Source: a virus
Reading direction: 5' to 3' (one strand)
Virus record (IMG/VR): IMGVR_UViG_3300014839_000007
DNA: 64,000 nt
Part shown: positions 52,833-64,000 of the stretch, piece after piece
How the letters are laid out: every line of letters starts with the position of its first letter
How positions within the stretch are numbered: the stretch's first letter is position 1
The notes under the pieces: generated by a model
Told to the model about the DNA's origin: nothing
The model's database searches: none
Seen by the model: the letters and a program-made list of their open reading frames with translations, nothing else
Made by a program: the position numbers and the translations under genes

Positions 52833-53807
52833 TTTAATGAATCTTTTTTTAAATCCTCTTTCAAAACATCCATATCATAAAGATAATCTTCTGGGTGGTC
52901 TAAATAATTGAATAAATCAGATATAGTATCGAACTCTTTAACGCTAGTCATTGTAGCTAAAATATATTCGTATCCCATTTCTTTATTATTTCCATCAAGA
53001 CTATCACATCCAGCACAACTTCCAAATCCATCTCTCCACAACCAAAATCTATCCTCACAGAAGATAATAGCATAAACATCCCCAGAATATCCCCCTGTGG
53101 TAGCTTCGGCAATTATTTCAGCATCAATCAAATAAAATCTTAAGGCACGTAATTGGTCTCCTGCATACCAGTTTCCATCATTGTCAACACCTTCTAATTT
53201 ATTTAATATTTTAACCTGAGTATTATATGCTAAATGTTTTTGAAAATCTTCAATCATCTTCTTTTCCCATCCTCAGTAAATTCCCATTCATTATTAACCA
53301 ACTCTTCACGAATATATTCATCAGAACCCATATAATTATATTCTTCTTCTAATCTTTTTAGAAATCCATCCAGAACACATTGTAAATAATCTGTTAATCT
53401 TTCATCTAAGTCTTCCCCAAACATTTCTTTGGTTCCAAGCTTTTCATCTTCTTCACCATAGTCTATAGAAATCTTTCCATCTTCATCTATATCCACAGAT
53501 TCAACATCAAAATCACTTTCTTGCAATTTAGCTATAATTAATTGTTTTTGAAATCCAGCTGATTTTAGAAATAATTTTACATCTGCAATATAAGGTTCAT
53601 CCATCTCAAAATTTCTTCCTCTATCTAATTCCCAATTAAAATTAGAACAATCTATACCAATCTCTTTTAATTTTTCGTGAAAATCTTCATGCATCCATTC
53701 CCACCATTCATAATCAGTGTAATTGCTTTCTCTAAAATCTTCTATAGCATTCTCTTTAGATTTTTCACTTAATTCTTCAAAATTATATAATTGAATTGTT
53801 TCAGTTC

Positions 53808-54101
53808 TCATAATTTTAATCCTTGAGTTATAATCTCTTTACCACATATGTTATAAAATTCTTGCTCAGTCAATCTATACACATACAAATCAGAATATTT
53901 TTCAGAACCATTTTTCTGGTGATAAACCTCTAAAATTTCATCTTTAGAATCAATCCAAAAATTACTTATAAGAGATTCTCCATCTATTTTTTCTACCTTA
54001 AAATAAGTAATTTCCCAACCATCGTCATCCCTCACCAACTCTTTTCTAACACCTTTAAGATAATCTCCAACTCTAATATCTTCAAGTTTAACTTCTTCCA
54101 T
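53808..54101 (-). CDS. hypothetical protein, paralog of 50809..51096
   Basis: See 50809..51096. Confidence 0.35.
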   Translation of the reverse strand: MEEVKLEDIRVGDYLKGVRKELVRDDDGWEITYFKVEKIDGESLISNFWIDSKDEILEVYHQKNGSEKYSDLYVYRLTEQEFYNICGKEIITQGLKL

Positions 54102-56854
54102 TTCCTTCTAAAGCATATAATATTTTTAATTTATTAGATTTGTCTATTAATTTTTTATAATCCTCTTCTTCAATAAGAATTTCATCGTAATTCCATTTAT
54201 CAATATTTGCCCTAACTCTTGTTTCTTCTTCTTTTATGCTTTTAAAATCATAAGTGCTAAAAGGTATAACAAAACAGCAAGAATATTTTTTATGATTTAC
54301 ATCTCCACTAAAAGAACTCTCTTCATATTTCAATTTTCCATCAGTAATCTCATTATGTCTTCCCATTATAAATTATTAACAATCATTTCCTTATAAGCAA
54401 TCTCAAAATTATCAATATTACTATAATCTTCTTTTAATTCATCATCTTGGCAAGTAACCCACCCATAATCTGGATGAATATCATTTATCCTAACAATCCT
54501 TCCAGTTAATTTATTTTTTAATAAATATCCTGCTTTTAATCCCATCTTTTCTACAATCTTTAAATTATTTTTAATCTTTTTTTGTATGCCTTTTAATTCA
54601 TTAACATTTTTCATATTTTTATATTCTTCAATTCTATCAGTTGCAAGTATAGTATCTTTTTCATAAATACAGCTTGCTACATAATTCTTATGTTTAGTAG
54701 TTGACATACTATACCCCTTCCTATTTAAAATATATTTAAATCCATAATCAGAAGTCAATCTAATAGCAATAGGAAAATGATACCCATATGAATAGATTAC
54801 ATTATCATCAATAAACATATGACTGCCATTCCCTTTAGTAGCTCCTTCAGCAAAATTTTCTGCTAACTCTCTATTTTTCATCTGCGTCTATTACTGGTTT
54901 ACCTATTAAATTATCCCAACCAAATCGGTCACTCCAGTTCCAACTCCATACATAAAATAAATTCTCATTCGTTTCATCAAACATCTTTTGATGCAATTTA
55001 TTAAACTCTCCAGCTGTTTTTACTTTTTTTATCTCTGCGAGAAAATCGTAAGTAGCAACTATAAAATTTTCATAAAACTCTAAAATTTCTTTCTTCTTAT
55101 CAAGAGCATACTTGTATTGTTCTTCCTCTATTAATATTTTTTTAACTTTCTTTTTCATTTTACCTCCTTTTATAAATTTTGAATAATCTTACATTTATCG
55201 CACAACTTTAATTTAGCATCTTCGTCTGTAAATCTTCTTGTATAATCATAAGTCATTTCATCTTCTTCATCACTAAAATTAAATTTTAAATCCCCATTAT
55301 CATGCAATTCCCAAATTGCTCTTATCACATTATTAATTATAAATTCTTTATCAGATTCATTTAACTCAGAACATCCAGTATCTATTTCAAAGTCAGCAGG
55401 GGCAATTCCAACACTTCTATCACCTACACTTTGCCCAATAACCTTAATTGTCCCGTGATATTCTCTATCTCCTCTTACCTCTGGAAAGGGTATTTTTCCT
55501 GACCGATGTTCTACATCATTTTTACAACCTGTTTTCTTTTTCATTTTAAACTATTAAATTGTAACCTTTAGGAACTTCTAATTTAATTATATCTCTTTCA
55601 GGATAACCCCTTTTCTCATTACTCTCAGCCTCTTCAGTATTATCATATTTTTCAAATGCTTGAAGAACTTGCTCTTTTGTATGTTTATTCTTATCAATTA
55701 TAAAGATTAAATGGCAAAAATATTCATTTCCATTTCCCCTTTCTAAGCTATGAACTATTTTCTCTCTTTTGTCATCAGTCAATTCTTGACCATTCTTAAA
55801 AAATCCCCTATAAACCTCTAAAGTATCATTTTCTTTATTATAAATATAAGCAAATTCACAGAACAAACCATCATATAAGAACTCCTTATCTTCTGCGGCT
55901 TTATTATCAGCTATTTCTAAAATTTCATTTCCTTTACCATCAAAGTATAACTCAACAGCATCCGTTCCTAAAGCAGTATAATAACTATCCCAATGATTAA
56001 ATCTACCTGTTAATAGTCCATCATTATTTCTTATTCCAACATAACCTCTTGTTCCCATTATTTCAACTCCACCAATTTTAATTTTACTATTTTTATTCCA
56101 CTAACTTTAGTTCTAACCATATCTTTGCTTGTGCTACCATTCTCAAAAGAATGTAACTCATAACCATTAAAACTTAAAAATGATTTAATGTCTTGCTCCC
56201 TCTTGAAAAGTCTTGCTTTATCTAAACCAGCCCATTCTAAATCTCCATAGTAAAGGTTGTCTTTTTTTCTTTTTATCGCTAATCTAATATTCATTTTAAT
56301 CTACTATCCATTCTTCTAAAGCCAAACAAGTTTTACTATGTTGTTTTAACAACTCTTCTTCAGCCTCTTCATCTTTATTTATTAAAGCAAATAATATTGC
56401 TTTTTGATTTTGTAATATCAATCTTTCTTCTCTATTCATTTTCCTTCCTTAAGAAATAATTTCTCAAATTCTTCGTCAGGCATTTCCCATAGTTTTTTAC
56501 AATCCATAGCAAATATTCCCTGTCCAGAATTATAAACTTCCAAATTATTTACTATAAATTTAGTAACTTTCATACCCATTGTTTCTTTATTCATTTTCCT
56601 TCCTCCTTACATTTATCACATTTATCTAAATCACCAATTGTTTCAAACTTATCTCCCTCTTCTAAAATTTTACCACAGAAATCACATTTTCTTTGTATAG
56701 ATGTTTCAAATTCAATTCCTAAACCACCCTGTTTTAATTCTTCAAGCATTTTAGTCATCTCAGCAACATCTTCTTTTGCACCTTCCAAATCTTGCCCCCA
56801 ATTTCTTGTCATTTTTATCTCTGCCTCTTTTTCATTCATTCTTTTTACCTCCTT

Positions 56855-57139
56855 TTAATAATCTGGAACACTAACAACCATCGCATTTCCACAATCTATG
56901 CATTTTAGTAATAATGCAGCATCGTGCACAAATCCTTTCATATATCCAGTATATTCACTCCCCATAGCCCCTTCTTCAGGTCTAAATGTTATTTGTATAT
57001 TCTTTGAATTACATTTTCCACAACATATAGGAAATCTCTCCCTATCATATTTATCTACAATATTATAATCGTTTTCGTTACAATATTCCTTAAATTCTTC
57101 TAAAGTCATTTTTACAATTTCTTTATCTTCATCATTCAT
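56855..57139 (-). CDS. Zn-ribbon protein
   Basis: CCGKCNSK...CIDCGN. A heptad element lies about 35 nt upstream. Confidence 0.35.
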   Translation of the reverse strand: MNDEDKEIVKMTLEEFKEYCNENDYNIVDKYDRERFPICCGKCNSKNIQITFRPEEGAMGSEYTGYMKGFVHDAALLLKCIDCGNAMVVSVPDY

Positions 57140-57175
57140 CTTAATTTACCCCCTTACATAAATAAATAAATAATA

Positions 57176-57196
57176 TTTAGCATTTAGCCGTTAGCA
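57176..57196 (-). promoter_or_regulatory. triple heptad KGCTAAA element (copy 4)
   Basis: Plus strand tttagcatttagccgttagca. Confidence 0.45.
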
Positions 57197-57631
57197 CTCA
57201 ATTACTAACAGGCATCACTTCAATTTCTTCTGGATTAATACCAACCCCTATTTTTTCTTCTGAAGTAATTCCTTCTTCAAAATAAGAATCATCACCAGTG
57301 TATAAATCTTCTGACTCAAATCCACACAACTCTTCTGCTCTTTCATCCAAAAGAGAATCAACCAAACCCCTTAAATTCTCCACGTCTTTTTTTATTTCTA
57401 CAATTTCTTTTTCAAATTCCATTTTCTTACCTCCTTTCAAGTTTTGTTATTATAATCCAATATTATTAAACAGCTAAAGTCAAAGAAAACCATTTTCCAA
57501 ATAATGTTCCATAAATAGAAAATTCTTTATCATATTCTAAATTGCCCATTATTTTTGTTATTTCTTTATCATTTTTACCTTCTTTTTTTAATATTTCATA
57601 GTTTTGTTTTGCTCTTCCGCAATGCCAAATT

Positions 57632-58069
57632 CTATTCTTTCTTATTTTTATCATTTTTACCTTCTTTTGCTTTACCAAATAACTTCATCGTTTCAAATAT
57701 CCAAAACTGGTCTTCTGTTAATACCCCTGTAGCAAGAGCAGTTGGTGTACCCATACTTACTTCAGTTATACCTTCGTCAATATAAAGATGGTGTGGAATT
57801 TGCCATTGTTTTAAGTATTCAGCAATTCCAAATAACTCTAAACTATTCTTACATTGTAAAACAATAACACACATTCCATTATCTCTCCATTTTTCTTTTA
57901 GTTCTTCAAAATATCTATTACCTCTATTTCCATTTCTGATATAAAGTCCCTCATTTTGTCTTTCAAGAGCCATAAATGTTGCGTGTGCTGTTTGACTTGC
58001 AATTTTTCCTGCTGACATCTTTGGCAGTTTAGGAACTATTACAAATTGTTTATACTTTATTTCTATCAT
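57632..58069 (-). CDS. pth2: peptidyl-tRNA hydrolase, PTH2 (archaeal/eukaryal type)
   Basis: VIVPKLPKMSAGKIASQTAHA, VIVLQCKNSLEL and YIDEGITEVSMGTPTALATGV align with PTH2 conserved blocks (VVRxDLxMxxGKxxAQxxHA; IxDAGxTQxxxGxxTxLAIGP). Confidence 0.7.
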   Translation of the reverse strand: MIEIKYKQFVIVPKLPKMSAGKIASQTAHATFMALERQNEGLYIRNGNRGNRYFEELKEKWRDNGMCVIVLQCKNSLELFGIAEYLKQWQIPHHLYIDEGITEVSMGTPTALATGVLTEDQFWIFETMKLFGKAKEGKNDKNKKE

Positions 58070-58070
58070 T

Positions 58071-59192
58071 TTATATATCTCCTCTATCTATATCAATACA
58101 TACTGGAAATCTTGGGATACCATCAGTTGAAAGTTCTTGATATCTAACTGTTGCTTTCTTTCCAATTAGGTTATTTTTATTTTTAAACAATTCTTTATAA
58201 TATTCTTCTCCCCCTCTAATCCCAGATGAAAATTCTCTTCCGTCTTTCATTTTAATTACTAAATTACCTGCCATACCTGCACGATTACCTATTCCTTCAA
58301 CTATATTAGTTATAGGAAATTCTTCATCAAAGAAATGTTTATACTTCAAAAGATTTTTACTTCTTTTATTCTCATATTTTGAACCTTTAATTCTAATCAT
58401 TAAACCTTCAAATCCCTGTTTAACAAAATCGTTATGATATTGCTCGATTTCTTTATGAGTATTAATAGGAAAAACATCCACAAAAGTTATATATTTACTT
58501 TTACCAACTATATTTGTTATTTCTTTCTTTATTGTTAAAAATCTATCTTCAAATCCTTCTTCTAAATTATCCGTTACTCCATCAAAGATATATATTTGTA
58601 TTATCTTTTCAGATTCCTCTAAATCTTCTTCAGTGGGTTTTGATTTTCTAACTATACTCATAATTTTCTGAAAAGGAATTTCGTGTGAATAGATTTCTCC
58701 ATCTATTTTCCAATTAGGATGCTTTTCAAAGAAGGGTCTAAATAATTTTTCAATATGTGGACAAGAAATATATTTCTTTCCGTTTCTTGTAAACAAACCA
58801 TTCTTTTGTATTATCATTCTTGAACCATCTATTTTAATTGAAACTAACACTGGAAATTTTATTTTATCCTTATAATCTAAATATTTATGTGCCAACATTG
58901 GTGCGAAGAATTTCTTAGATATATCTACATCCTCAACATTCTCTGAATAACCTGCTTCTACTTTCTTCTTATGTTTACTCTCTGCTTCTTTATAAGCTTG
59001 GTCTGGAGCTGTTGTTTCATTAGCCCTACCAATATTCTTACCTTTAACAATAGTAGGTTTTGATTGAGTTATCTTTCCATTAAGTATTCCTTCTTCAGTA
59101 TAAAATTTATCATAATCAACAATTATCTGCCATTCGTTTATACTATCATTAGTATTTCTTTTATACAATTTTGTAAAATATATTTTTGTCAT
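58071..59192 (-). CDS. lig: ATP-dependent DNA ligase (compact viral type)
   Basis: Motif I SIKIDGSR (KxDGxR), motif III DGEIY, motif IV EGLMIR, motif V LLKYK, and a C-terminal OB-fold ending GIPRFPV. Confidence 0.75.
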   Translation of the reverse strand: MTKIYFTKLYKRNTNDSINEWQIIVDYDKFYTEEGILNGKITQSKPTIVKGKNIGRANETTAPDQAYKEAESKHKKKVEAGYSENVEDVDISKKFFAPMLAHKYLDYKDKIKFPVLVSIKIDGSRMIIQKNGLFTRNGKKYISCPHIEKLFRPFFEKHPNWKIDGEIYSHEIPFQKIMSIVRKSKPTEEDLEESEKIIQIYIFDGVTDNLEEGFEDRFLTIKKEITNIVGKSKYITFVDVFPINTHKEIEQYHNDFVKQGFEGLMIRIKGSKYENKRSKNLLKYKHFFDEEFPITNIVEGIGNRAGMAGNLVIKMKDGREFSSGIRGGEEYYKELFKNKNNLIGKKATVRYQELSTDGIPRFPVCIDIDRGDI

Positions 59193-59467
59193 TGTGTAAC
59201 TTCAATTCCCATATTATTTAACATACTAACAAATTCAAGAAAACCATCATAATGTGGTGTAGAACAAGTATTAATCTTCTTATTTGCTAATTCATATTTA
59301 TACAAACTTTCTGCCTCTGCGTAGGTCAGAATGTCTTTCATTCTAACCCCCAAACCCAAGCATACAACCAAGTTAAAAAGATACTTACCGGAAGCACTAA
59401 GAATAAAAAATATTTTGATAATTCTTCCATTAAAAAGATAATAATAAATATAGATATTCCAGAACAC
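59189..59467 (-). CDS. small membrane protein
   Basis: Two hydrophobic helices. Confidence 0.3.
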   Translation of the reverse strand: MFWNIYIYYYLFNGRIIKIFFILSASGKYLFNLVVCLGLGVRMKDILTYAEAESLYKYELANKKINTCSTPHYDGFLEFVSMLNNMGIEVTQ

Positions 59468-62400
59468 AAAATAAACAAAATTGCTCTTAAAATTCCTTTC
59501 ATCATTTTAATTCCTTTGGTGGCTCGTCAGTCCTTGCAAGAGTTATGCCGTCCTCTTCTGAGCGCCCTTCAATATAAGGGGCAATACAATTTAAGAAGAT
59601 TAAAGTTTCATCATACCAATAAGATATAAGTTTTAAATTATTCCAAGTCTCAAAGGAGAAGTATGCTTTACCTTCCTCATTTACACATAGCATATTATTA
59701 TCTAATTCTTCGTTATAAAAATCAGTCTTTTTCCATTCTTCTAAAAAGAACTTTAAACCTTCCAAATCTGTTATCTCTATATCTTCAAAATCAAAACTTG
59801 AATACATCCCCATTTATTTTCTCTCCAATCTATCAAACATTTCTTTTATAATAACAGGATATTCTTTATCCAAAATTAAATCTTTAATAAACCATTTACC
59901 ATCTTTTTTAAAGTAATAATAAACCTCAACAGCTTTTTCTTCAACTCCATTTTTAAAAAATCCTTCTTTCTTAAAATCCTCTTCAAATCCAATCACATCT
60001 TTCTTGGTTTTAAAACTTCCCATCTGTCCGCCACCACCACTAAATACAATGTGATATGCCCCAATCCCTCCATAATGTTTTGATTTTCCATTTTCATTAT
60101 TTACAGAATAACCACACTTATCACAAAAGAAGTATTCTAATCCAGAAGTGGATATCTCCCAAAATCCGTGTAAGTTATCACATTCTGGACATTCTTTTTC
60201 ATCAATTACGCTTGACATTTTTTATATTTTTTATCTAAATACATTTATTAAATATGTCTCATAGACTTCTTTATCTTTTTTAATCTTCCATTTTGCTCCT
60301 ATATATCCAAACCCTACTTTTTGAATTTCCAAATCGTTATACTCAGCATTGTCAAATTTGTATAGTTTCTTTTCTACATCTTCTAAGTCTTTCTTTTTCA
60401 CTTTAATATCATTTTCCATACTTTTTTTAGCTTCTCTTAAGAGAGTAACTTTTTCTGGAACTTCTGACGTGTTATCTAAAATATCTTTTACTTTCATTTA
60501 AATTACCTCCTTATAATTATTCCATTCCCCATTTTATAGAGCTTTCAATAGTTTCTTCAAACATCAATCTTAAGTATATTTTATCTTTTTTATAATTCTC
60601 TAACCCTTTTGTTAAAGTTTGTAATGCTTCAGCATCTTCATTAGACATAGTTTTTATTGTTTTATCTTTGTCTCTTTTTATAATCTCTTTTGCTTTTTCT
60701 ATTTCCATTTCACCAACTTGAATTATAATAAAATTCTAACTCCTTATATTTCTCTTTATTATTCAATATTTTTTCTAACATCACTCTTGTATTTTCTAAG
60801 TCTTCAAAATAATATTCATCATATTCAGTATCACCAAAGAAAAATCCAGATGTAGTCGGCAACAATTCTTTTGCTAACTTCATTTTTGAACCATCAAGCC
60901 TGTTTAATATTTGTTTTCTTTTATCCTCTACCCCTAAAATTTTATTAATTATTTCTAATAAGCTCTCCAAAACTTCCAAATCAACATAATATTCTTGACA
61001 ATTGTCATTACCCTCTTGGACATGCTCTACGAACCAACTATGAATGGCATTTGATTTTCTCCAAGTAAATACATTAAATGTAACCCTTTCAACTGGTAAA
61101 TCTATATCAGGAAAAAGTTTACCTACCTTTTCAGCAATCTTCTTTTCTTTATCGTCATAACTAGATAAATAAAATTTAGCAGTTAGATATTGGTCGAGTC
61201 CCATTTTAACAAAATACTAATTTTCCTCCTTTATCAACTGCTTCTTTCAAAGCAATTCTCCATTCTTTCATTTTCTCCAAAAACCACAGAGCATCATTAT
61301 TAGTATTTTCTAATTTAAATATAATCATTTTTCTTTTATCCATTTTATCATCAAGATAGGAATTAAAATCTTTCAGAAGATTTTTACATTCATCCAGAGA
61401 TAATTCACCATCACAATCACTATGACTTAATAATTCTGAAAAAGGAGTATCTTTCTTCCATTTCTTTTTTCCACCAAAACCAAGCATATCATTCAAATCA
61501 AAACCTACCTCTTTTGCTAATATTTCTCTCCATTCACCAAATCCACTATAACTACCCGCCCTGAATGAATCTATGCTTTCGCCTAATTTGTCTAAAACAA
61601 CTATATCTAATCCCATTTTACTTTTTTACCTCTTTCCAAGTATCGCCCATCCAAGACAATCTTTTATTCATCTCTTCTTCATCTATCTCTTCATCAAAAG
61701 ACATAGAACAACCAACATCACTAACAAATGTTTTCATCTTTTTTAATTCCTCCTTTCAATTCTTTTTTTAATATCAAATAAAAATAAAAATAAAAAATAC
61801 TTTCTTTATATCTTATATTGAGAATATCTTAAAATTTTATCAATCTTAACTTTCTCAACAGATTTTATACAAACTAACCTAACACTATCTTTTATAAGAT
61901 TTGTTTTCTCGGATAATTCTTTTATAAAATCCTTTGCTTCTTGTTCAGAAGTGAAAAACTTACATGGGTCTCTGCTATGTTCATCCCATACAACTAAATG
62001 TGTTGGTGTTTTAAGTGCTACTGGATTACCCAACAATTCTATTCTATCAGAAGGACGAGCATACCTACACTTTCCTTTAAATCCATGTCCGTCACAATCG
62101 TGTAATTCGTGACTAGGAATAACATCATCAAATTGTATACCTATATCATCCCCATTCATATGAACAACAATACCAGTTTTTCCACGAAAATCAACTCCTG
62201 CTACATCAGCAAGTGTTTTAACTTTATCACCTTCTTTAAATATCATTTTTCTTTTTACCTCCTTTCATCATTTCTTTTGGATTATATTGTCCGTATAAAT
62301 TTATTAAATCTTTATTTGTAACAACAACCCAAGATTTTTTTGGTCTTTCTAAAATCCAGTTTGTAAAATTAACATTCTCAGAATAAATTGAACTATCAGC

Positions 62401-62533
62401 GTTATGCTCTTTAAATCTTCCAAATTCATAACTATAATAATCCCCTGTTTGATGCATATGATTTATATTCCAGGTCATTAACTTTCCTTTCTTCATCATC
62501 CTTAATGCTTCTATTATAGTGTATGTTTTTCTT

Positions 62534-62734
62534 TTATTTTTTATCATTTTTTATAAATTTCTTTAATTCTTCTATTTTATCTTCACTATTAAAAATAATA
62601 TAAAATGTATTATTAAGCCCAACTTTTATTCTCTTCTTAACAATAGCAAAAGATATCTGCTCTTTGCTTATTTTATCATAATATTTTGCTTTTTTAAAAT
62701 CCATTGTAATATAATTTTTATCATAATTTAGCAT
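62534..62734 (-). CDS. small hypothetical protein whose ATG lies inside a heptad element
   Basis: The start codon is the ATG of the TGCTAAA heptad (atgctaaattatg... = MLNYD). Confidence 0.3.
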   Translation of the reverse strand: MLNYDKNYITMDFKKAKYYDKISKEQISFAIVKKRIKVGLNNTFYIIFNSEDKIEELKKFIKNDKK

Positions 62735-62747
62735 TTAGCCTTTAGCC
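62727..62747 (-). promoter_or_regulatory. triple heptad KGCTAAA element (copy 5)
   Basis: Plus strand tttagcatttagcctttagcc. Confidence 0.45.
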
Positions 62748-63029
62748 CTAATCTTCAATAACAACTGTTTCTTGATATTTACCTTCAAGGTCACATTGAG
62801 ATTCTTCTTCCTCATCAACGCACAAATCTATAGAAAGTTGTTCTATTTCAGATTCGTATATATCAATGTCACTGCTAACTTCAAATTCAATCCTTTTTTC
62901 TATGTCAGAAGGCAAATTAAACTCATTTAAATGTTCTTTAAACTCAACAAGTTTATCTTTATCTTTCTTCAAACATACTAAGTCATCTTCAAATTGATTT
63001 ACTAATTTTTGTTCCATTTCTCCTCCTTT

Positions 63030-63299
63030 TTATTTTTTTAATTCTGTATAAGAAAATTTACCTACTTGAATTCCAATAAATATCCAAAATATATTATAAA
63101 GAGTAATATACCATTTATCTAAAACAATTGCTTCACTACCTAAAGTAGTAGAAATAATAGCAGTGCTAACAATCAGCAATACAATCAAAAAAGCAAAAAT
63201 TCCATAAAATACTTTTAAATTCCACTTTTCTATAAATCCTAAAATCCAACCACCACCAAAATATTCAGTAGCAGATAAGATTAACATTTCTATTGTCAT
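63030..63299 (-). CDS. small membrane protein (3 TM)
   Basis: Hydrophobic throughout. Confidence 0.35.
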   Translation of the reverse strand: MTIEMLILSATEYFGGGWILGFIEKWNLKVFYGIFAFLIVLLIVSTAIISTTLGSEAIVLDKWYITLYNIFWIFIGIQVGKFSYTELKK

Positions 63300-63899
63300 T
63301 TTTCCTCCTTTTTAAAAATAATAATTTACATTATTCTTTTCTAATATCTTTTCTGTTTGCTTTATATTTCCAGCAAAATAACCCTTAGAATACGAACCTT
63401 TACTCATATGAATCATCATGTTCCTTTGATTAACCAATACCTGATTTAAGATAGCCTCTTTATCAGAATAAAGTTCACTAAAAGCCTTGTTAAATTTCTT
63501 CATTTCTTCTTTTGTCAATTGTGGCATTTTATTTTCCTCCTTTTTTGTTTAATTTTTTCAATTCATTTAATATTCTATAAAGTAAAACATTTGTAACCTT
63601 ACTACCTTCAAATATCCAACCAGCACCAGTATCTTTATCCGTTCTAAATTCTTTTTCTATCTTTGTTACTTCATCATATAATTTTTCATTATTCGGTATA
63701 TCACTACTTCCCCCCATTCTGCTTTCCTCCTTTCTTTAATCCTCTTTTAAATTCATCCACTGCTCTTTGAGTAATCAAATTTATTTCTTTTAATAAAATA
63801 TACAACTCCCCTTCTGTAATCTTAATAGAACTCATAGTATCTGGAAAATCTGTCATTAAAATATGACTATCCGTATCTAAGAATATTTTCATAATAAGC

Positions 63900-64000
63900 C
63901 CCCTATAAATGTTATAAAGCCAGTCAAAGAACCACTCTCATTACCGAAAGTTAAAAAACTCCAAGTCATCCAAGAACATACAAACACAACACCAAGAAAA
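63900..64000. repeat. start of a further G-depleted repeat-unit region (truncated by the window edge)
   Basis: A/C-rich, G-poor composition identical in character to the array spacers. No ORF. Confidence 0.35.

Noticed and set aside
245-62321. All plus-strand ORFs in the supplied track (e.g. 245..439, 4534..4860, 10386..10619, 21322..21624, 27732..28079, 39744..40157, 50026..50400)
   Set aside because: Every one lies antisense inside a longer minus-strand gene with a recognisable domain or paralog. They translate to low-complexity Phe/Leu/Ser/Ile-rich strings, as expected from the antisense of a purine-rich coding strand. None has an independent start context.

Overview
This window is AT-rich and densely coding, with essentially every credible gene on the minus strand and frequent ATGA-type start/stop overlaps. 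None of the plus-strand ORFs in the track look real. The gene content fits a large dsDNA virus or other mobile element rather than a cellular chromosome. It includes an MCM helicase, an Orc1/Cdc6-like ATPase, an ATP-dependent DNA ligase, two HNH endonucleases, two ParB-like nuclease-domain proteins, a radical-SAM protein, an AAA_5 (MoxR-like) ATPase and a VWA/HExxH protein. There are many small Zn-ribbon and winged-helix proteins and at least eight paralog families. Several proteins have archaeal or eukaryal-type signatures. These are a GGQ protein matching release-factor aRF1 domain 2 (GGQSQRRFER), a PTH2-type peptidyl-tRNA hydrolase, the MCM helicase and a pyruvoyl-dependent arginine decarboxylase, so an archaeal host, possibly methanogen-like, is a reasonable inference. 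No capsid or terminase gene is recognisable in the window. The most unusual feature is a family of degenerate non-coding arrays with a period of about 70 bp (9.5-10.25 kb, 25.8-27.4 kb, 31.66-31.99 kb, and single units ahead of many genes between 28 and 34.6 kb, with another beginning at 63.9 kb). Each unit is a conserved roughly 24-bp motif (plus strand TGAATATAAAATCCTTACCTTAAC; in gene orientation GTTAAGGTAAGGATTTTATATTCA, which looks like TATA box plus Shine-Dalgarno) followed by a roughly 45-bp strongly G-depleted spacer. A second regulatory motif is a triple heptad KGCTAAA immediately upstream of five gene starts. Two genes appear to be recently pseudogenised, one by a 1-nt deletion and one by a 14-bp tandem duplication.
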